Shown one piece after another: positions 58,379 to 64,000 of a stretch of DNA of 64,000 nt; position 1 is the stretch's first letter, and every line of letters starts with the position of its first letter. Source of the DNA: Planctomycetota bacterium. GTDB taxonomy: Bacteria > Planctomycetota > B15-G4. Position numbers and translations under genes: made by a program. The notes below the pieces were generated by a model. That model was not told the DNA's origin and did not search any database. It saw only the letters and a list, made by a program, of their open reading frames with translations. The stretch spans positions 1 through 64,000 of the forward strand of contig JBBQUR010000018.1 in NCBI GenBank assembly GCA_038212275.1, read 5' to 3'.

Positions 58379-58945
58379 TCAGGTCGACTCGACCTGCCAG
58401 TATTCCAACTCCACCGGGGTCTCTCGGCCGAAGATCGTGACGATCACCCGCACGAGACCCTTGGCGTCGTTCACTTCGTCGACGACACCGTTGTATGACT
58501 CGAAGGGTCCTTCGTTGATCTTGACCCTGTCGCCGACCTTGAAGTTGATGCGCAGCGCGGGACGCTCGTCCGTCTTGCGCATGCCCACGAGGATGCGATC
58601 GACTTCGTGCGCGTCCATTGCGACCGGCGTGCGATCCGAACCGACAAAGTCGCCGATTCCCGCGGTCTCGCGGATCACGAACCAGACGGCTTCGGGGATC
58701 TTCCCCTCCTCGTCGAGGTGCATCTCCACCATCAGGTAGCCGGGGTACAGCTTGCGCTGGATGACCTTCTTCTTGCCGCCCTTGATCTCGGAGACGGACT
58801 CGGTCGGCACCAGGACGTTGGGAACGAGGCCTTCGAGGCCCTCGTTCTTGAGGCGCTGGACGAGCTTCTCGCGCATGCGGTTCTCGAGATTGCTCGGAAC
58901 CCGCAGGACGAACCAGCGTGACGGCGTGACGGCGTGGCTTTCCAT
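58379..58945 (-). CDS. nusG: Transcription factor NusG
   Basis: [34 protein letters not shown] overlap with secE. Confidence 0.97.
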   Translation of the reverse strand: MESHAVTPSRWFVLRVPSNLENRMREKLVQRLKNEGLEGLVPNVLVPTESVSEIKGGKKKVIQRKLYPGYLMVEMHLDEEGKIPEAVWFVIRETAGIGDFVGSDRTPVAMDAHEVDRILVGMRKTDERPALRINFKVGDRVKINEGPFESYNGVVDEVNDAKGLVRVIVTIFGRETPVELEYWQVEST

Positions 58946-59388
58946 CAGAACACGTACTTCACCATGACCTCGTTCAGCAACCAGTCCATGCCGGCGAGAA
59001 TGACGGTGAAGAACACCATCACGCCGAGGATCACAAGCGATGACTTCCACGTCTCATCGAAGGTCGGCCAAGTGCACTTGCGCATCTCGGTCTCGCACTC
59101 GATGAGCATGTCCGCGACCTTGGGCTTGTTGTGGAACCACAACAGCACCCAGAGGACGGCGCCGGCCACCAGCAGCGCGATGAGCAGCGCCGGCGTGATC
59201 GGCAGGCCCAGCACGGGCACCGGGCCGCCCGACAGATCGCTCACGAGCATGCCCGGGTTGCTCTCGTCCCCGCGGAACGAGATCAGGTAGTAGTACAGCG
59301 TGTGGCAACCAAACGCCCCGAGCGCCGCCAGCAGCAAGAAGCTGGACGTGCGGGCGTAGGTGCCTTGATCAGCCTTGTACTTCACCAT
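58945..59388 (-). CDS. secE: Preprotein translocase SecE (long, multi-TM form)
   Basis: EMRKCTWPT..ET motif followed by a TM; position between tRNA-Trp and nusG. Confidence 0.92.
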   Translation of the reverse strand: MVKYKADQGTYARTSSFLLLAALGAFGCHTLYYYLISFRGDESNPGMLVSDLSGGPVPVLGLPITPALLIALLVAGAVLWVLLWFHNKPKVADMLIECETEMRKCTWPTFDETWKSSLVILGVMVFFTVILAGMDWLLNEVMVKYVF

Positions 59389-59479
59389 CGCGGTCGATCT
59401 GGTTTCGGTGAACGGGACTTGTTGTTCGCGGCTCGTGACCTGCCGGATCGTCGCGCGCGCGAAACGTCCGGTTTCGGTT

Positions 59480-59556
59480 TGGCAGGCCAGGGGGGATTCG
59501 AACCCACAACCCTCGGTTTTGGAGACCGATGCTCTACCAGTTGGAGCTACTGGCCT
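59480..59556 (-). tRNA. tRNA-Trp (CCA)
   Basis: AGGCCAG acceptor stem, anticodon loop CTCCAAA, GTTCGAATC, encoded CCA end. Confidence 0.97.
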
Positions 59557-59574
59557 TGCATGCGTGCGGAGTCG

Positions 59575-59739
59575 TTACTTCTTCTTTTCCTTGTGCATGG
59601 TGTGCTTGCGCAACCGGGGGCAGTACTTCATCAACTCCAGCTTCCACTGCGCCTTTGCAGGCTTGCGGAGCGTGTAGTTGCGGTCCCCGGTCTCCGTGCA
59701 CTCGAGGAAGACAACGATGCTGCTTTTGCCCTTGGCCAT
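59575..59739 (-). CDS. rpmG: 50S ribosomal protein L33 (54 aa, not in the ORF track)
   Basis: Manual translation [54 protein letters not shown]. Confidence 0.95.
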   Translation of the reverse strand: MAKGKSSIVVFLECTETGDRNYTLRKPAKAQWKLELMKYCPRLRKHTMHKEKKK

Positions 59740-59745
59740 GACTGA

Positions 59746-60945
<1,200 letters not shown>

Positions 60946-61107
60946 GTGGCCTACTTCTCCTTCAGCCCTGCGCGCACCGGCCGGTGCACGAGGTGTGGTC
61001 TGGACTGTCTGGGTTGAATCTTTCGTGTCCACGACGGCCGTCGGGCCGAAGGGCGCTCAGTAAGTTCGTGCTGATTGTTCGTCGGTACGTCGTGCGTGGC
61101 TGGCCGC

Positions 61108-61182
61108 TGGAGCTGCTGATGGGATTCGAACCCATGACCTCGTCCTTACCAAGGACGTGCTCTACCCCTGAGCCACAGCAGC
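61108..61182 (-). tRNA. tRNA-Thr (GGT)
   Basis: GCTGCTG acceptor stem, loop TTGGTAA, GTTCGAATC, CCA end. Confidence 0.97.
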
Positions 61183-61221
61183 CCGTGTGTATCTGTCCTG
61201 ACTCGCGGCTGCCATCACCGC

Positions 61222-61295
61222 TGGAGCGGGTGATGGGAATCGAACCCACGTGACCAGCTTGGAAGGCTGGCGCTCTACCATTGAGCTACACCCGC
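61222..61295 (-). tRNA. tRNA-Gly (TCC)
   Basis: GCGGGTG acceptor stem, loop CTTCCAA, GTTCGATTC, CCA end. Confidence 0.97.
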
Positions 61296-61414
61296 GTGTC
61301 CGGGGCCGTCCGTCGCTCGCTCCGTAGTGTCCGACCTCCTCGTCCTGGCCTGCTGTGCTTTGATGCTGATGTTCGGTCTGCGCGGGTCGCGCGTCGCGCG
61401 CGTTGCCGGCCGTA

Positions 61415-61499
61415 TGGTGGGTGGAGCAGGATTCGAACCTGCGTAGGCGAAGCCAACGGGTTTACAGCCCGTCCCCTTTAGCCACTCGGGCATCCACCC
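61415..61499 (-). tRNA. tRNA-Tyr (GTA)
   Basis: GGGTGGA acceptor stem, loop CTGTAAA, long variable arm, CCA end. Confidence 0.97.
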
Positions 61500-61663
61500 C
61501 GGTCTTGGGTGCTCTCAGGGTTGCTGCTGCTGATGATCCGTAGCGTTCGGCTCCTGCTGCACTGCCTGTCCCGGACAGCCTTCACCGCCCTGCGCCTCAT
61601 CGGTTGCGAGTTCTGCGCACCCTCTTGCCAGACTGCAGCTCCGTGTGCCGCATCGCAGCTGCC

Positions 61664-61739
61664 TGGAGCTAGCGATGGGACTCGAACCCACAACCTCCGG
61701 TTTACAAAACCGGAGCTCTGCCAATTGAGCTACGCCAGC
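61664..61739 (-). tRNA. tRNA-Thr (TGT)
   Basis: GCTGGCG acceptor stem, loop TTTGTAA, GTTCGAGTC, CCA end. Confidence 0.96.
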
Positions 61740-61790
61740 GCTCTCGCTATCCGCGCAGGGAAGGATTTTGACCTTCCGAGAAAAGGGGGG

Positions 61791-61819
61791 ATCGTAGCGA
61801 TGCCCGAGGGGTGCGTCAA
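61791..61819 (-). promoter_or_regulatory. sigma70 promoter of the tRNA-tuf operon
   Basis: TTGACG (61819-14) - 17 bp - TACGAT (61796-91), followed by a C-rich discriminator. Confidence 0.8.
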
Positions 61820-61827
61820 CCACCGCT

Positions 61828-63033
61828 TCATGGCACTTTCCGGCGATTCGCTGCACTCGTGCTGCGCCGCCGGACGGATCTCCCGAAGCGCCGCGCGATG
61901 AGGCGGCGCTGGCCTCCCAGGGCATGTCGCACTTCGGCCCAGGTGTCGCCACCCGTCTTCTCGAGCAGGGCGTCCAGGACGACCAGTGCAAGCATCGCCT
62001 CTCCCACCACGCTGGCGGCCGGCACCGAGGTGACGTCCGAACGCTCGAAGAAGGCCTGCGCCGGCTCGCCGCGCTGGTAGTCCCACGAGGCGAGCGGTCG
62101 CGCCAGCGTGGGGATCGGTTTCATCCACGCGCGCGCCACCAGCACCTCGCCATTGCTCATGCCCGCTTCCAGGCCACCGGCTCGATTCGAAAGTCGAGTC
62201 GGTCCCGAGGAGCCCGGCCGCCCGACGGCATCGTGAACCCGGCTGCCGCGCCCCGACGCGCCCGCCACTCCGTCGCCGAGTTCGACGGCCTTGATGGCCG
62301 GGATGGACAGCAGCGCCGCACCGAGCCGACTGTCCAGGCGCGAACCGAAGTCCTCCAGCGAGCCCAGCCCTGCCGGCACTCCGAAGGCCAGCACCTCGAA
62401 ACGGCCACCCAGCGTGTCACCTGCGCGCCGCGCCGCCAGCACGGCGTGCTTGAAGCGCCCTTCCAGGGAAGCATCCAGTGTGAAGAAATCCGACGCATCC
62501 CGCCGACGCCGTAGCGCGGGCAGTGCCCTGGCAGCCACGGCGGAGGCACGAGGCTTGCCGACGACGCCTCCCAGCTCCAGCACGTGCGCGAGCGTCTCGA
62601 TGCCGAGCCTTTGAAGAAAGGACGCCGCCAGCGCGCCGGCCGCCACGCGGGCGGCGGTCTCACGCGCCGAGGCGCGCTCCAGCACGGGCCGCATGTCCAG
62701 CAGGCCGTATTTCTGCGCCCCGGCCAGGTCGCCGTGCCCGGGGCGGGGGCGATGCAGGGCGGGCCTTGCGGCCAGCGAGTCGTCGCGATTCCAGACGGCG
62801 AGGAGCAGGGGCGCGCCGGTCGTCCGGCCGCGGTGCACGCCGGCCAGGACATCCACCCGATCGCGCTCGAGTTGCTGACGTGAGGAACGGCCGAATCCAC
62901 CCTGACGGCGGGCCAGCCATCCGTCGATGAAGGGCGCATCGAAGGGCACGCCCGCGGGAAAACCACTCACCCGGGCAAAGATGCCGCGACCGTGCGACTC
63001 GCCCGCCGTCTGGACGGACAGCCGCCTCAGCAC
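61828..63033 (-). CDS. aroC: Chorismate synthase
   Basis: TAGESHG, RPRPGHGD, ERASARETAARVAAG, GDTLGG, SIPAIK, NRAGGLEAG.SNG, MKPIPT, ERSD. Confidence 0.96.
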   Translation of the reverse strand: MLRRLSVQTAGESHGRGIFARVSGFPAGVPFDAPFIDGWLARRQGGFGRSSRQQLERDRVDVLAGVHRGRTTGAPLLLAVWNRDDSLAARPALHRPRPGHGDLAGAQKYGLLDMRPVLERASARETAARVAAGALAASFLQRLGIETLAHVLELGGVVGKPRASAVAARALPALRRRRDASDFFTLDASLEGRFKHAVLAARRAGDTLGGRFEVLAFGVPAGLGSLEDFGSRLDSRLGAALLSIPAIKAVELGDGVAGASGRGSRVHDAVGRPGSSGPTRLSNRAGGLEAGMSNGEVLVARAWMKPIPTLARPLASWDYQRGEPAQAFFERSDVTSVPAASVVGEAMLALVVLDALLEKTGGDTWAEVRHALGGQRRLIARRFGRSVRRRSTSAANRRKVP

Positions 63034-63650
63034 GGGGACAGCGGGGCGGCCGAGGTGTGCACGGCCCCCGCCACCGCAGCTGCCGTGTCGTGGCCTGGCC
63101 GTGCCGGGACCTGATGGCGCGCCGGGGCGCCGTGACCGGCCTTCGCTTCGCGCAGGATCGGCGTGCCGGGCCACCCCAGAAAGAGCCATTGCGGAGCAAG
63201 CGCAAGGGTGAGGCAGGGAGCCGCGCTGCATCCGGACGCGCTGCTGGCGTCATCGCTCCGGCTGACCTCGCTGCGAGTGATCGCCGCGAAGAGCGTCTGC
63301 ACATCCGCCAGCAGTCGCTCGAGTTCGAAAGGCTTGCGGAGCACCCCGACGATGCCTGGCTCCGCGAGGATCGCGCGCTCCGTTGGCACATCGAGAAAGG
63401 CGGACATGAGCAGGAAGGGCGCGCTCAGGCCTCGCGACTCGGCTTCGCGCAGCAGCTCGAGTCCCGTCATGCCGGGCATCGTCATGTCGGTGAGCACCAG
63501 AGCGATGCCGCCGCGCTCCATGCGCTGCAATGCCGACGGGCCATCCAGGGCGATGTCCGTGGTCAAACCATCGCGCGTGAGGACGGCGCACACGAGCCGC
63601 GCCACGGAAGGATCATCATCGACCACGAGCACCGATCGATTCGCGCCCAC
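63027..63650 (-). CDS. Receiver-domain response regulator (CheY-like) with low-complexity tail
   Basis: VLVVDDD, LVLTDMTMPGMTGLELL, MSA, RKPF; AGGAGG before GTG. Confidence 0.85.
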   Translation of the reverse strand: MGANRSVLVVDDDPSVARLVCAVLTRDGLTTDIALDGPSALQRMERGGIALVLTDMTMPGMTGLELLREAESRGLSAPFLLMSAFLDVPTERAILAEPGIVGVLRKPFELERLLADVQTLFAAITRSEVSRSDDASSASGCSAAPCLTLALAPQWLFLGWPGTPILREAKAGHGAPARHQVPARPGHDTAAAVAGAVHTSAAPLSPC

Positions 63651-63847
63651 TCGCCCTCCTCGCGCACCCGGCGAACTGTCCGGGGCGATCCTTGCATCTG
63701 AACATGCTGCCGCCCGCCAGTCCACCTGCACGGCGTGGCGTCGGCCCCCGCCGCGCTCACCCCCTTGAGGACGTGAAGCCCTCGCCCGGCCCGCCTGCAG
63801 CTGCGGGCTGCTACGATCGCAGGCTCCTTCCTGCACCGGAGTGATCC

Positions 63848-64000
63848 GTGAGATTCGGTACCAAGGCCATCCATGCCGGGCAGCACCCGGATCCGACCAC
63901 CGGCGCGATCATGACGCCGATCTACTGCACTTCGACCTACGTGCAGGAGTACCCCGCCGTCGTGAAGGACGGCTACGACTACAGCCGCGGCAAGAACCCC
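63848..64000 (+). CDS. Cys/Met metabolism PLP enzyme (cystathionine gamma-synthase/lyase), 5' part, truncated by the window edge
   Basis: Manual translation (M)[54 protein letters not shown] upstream. Confidence 0.9.
   Translation, partial: MRFGTKAIHAGQHPDPTTGAIMTPIYCTSTYVQEYPAVVKDGYDYSRGKNP

Noticed and set aside
61500..61663. Small ORF or extra RNA in the 164-nt tRNA-Thr/tRNA-Tyr spacer (CAG-rich)
   Set aside because: No cloverleaf or clear RBS, and candidate ORFs run into the tRNAs; treated as spacer.
61108..61739. Prophage or island integrated at the tRNA cluster
   Set aside because: No integrase, no duplicated tRNA 3' end, and flanking genes are housekeeping.

Overview
GC-rich bacterial chromosome segment, most likely a Planctomycetota lineage. 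Evidence: EF-Tu switch I reads KGGTVR..KTVTI, the RpoB rifampicin pocket reads SQVVDQ..LTHERR, SecE is the long form, rpmD is absent from the spc operon, and there is a PVC-type CxxCH protein. From left to right: (1) the end of an IS3-family element running off the left edge, abutting a pair of large inverted palindromic REP-like repeats; (2) a minus-strand operon dedA - DUF1080 lipoprotein - Tat-exported xylose-isomerase-like protein - giant beta-propeller/helical-repeat/cytochrome c protein; (3) a split class II ribonucleotide reductase with tandem NrdR-like boxes; (4) a dcw cluster mraZ-rsmH-ftsL-ftsI-murE-murF-mraY-ftsW-[LysM]-murG-murC-murB with no murD, ddl, ftsQ, ftsA or ftsZ; (5) a Cys-motif hypothetical gene divergent from dnaE; (6) a ~33 kb translation/transcription supercluster (tRNA-Thr/Tyr/Gly/Thr, tuf, rpmG, tRNA-Trp, secE, nusG, rplKAJL, rpoBC, rpsLG, a divergent fusA, S10-spc-alpha) ending in an unknown lipoprotein coupled to rplQ; (7) aroC, a receiver-domain protein and the start of a Cys/Met PLP enzyme. 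Most of the window is housekeeping. I found no CRISPR array, rRNA, prophage or defence island, and I cannot prove a new system. The best candidates are the putative heme-coupled periplasmic 3-keto-glycoside pathway operon, the FtsZ-less dcw cluster with an inserted LysM membrane protein, the IS3/REP-like palindrome structure, the split NrdJ with an extra domain, and a structured rpsJ leader RNA. All calls are from reading the sequence by eye; no database searches were run.
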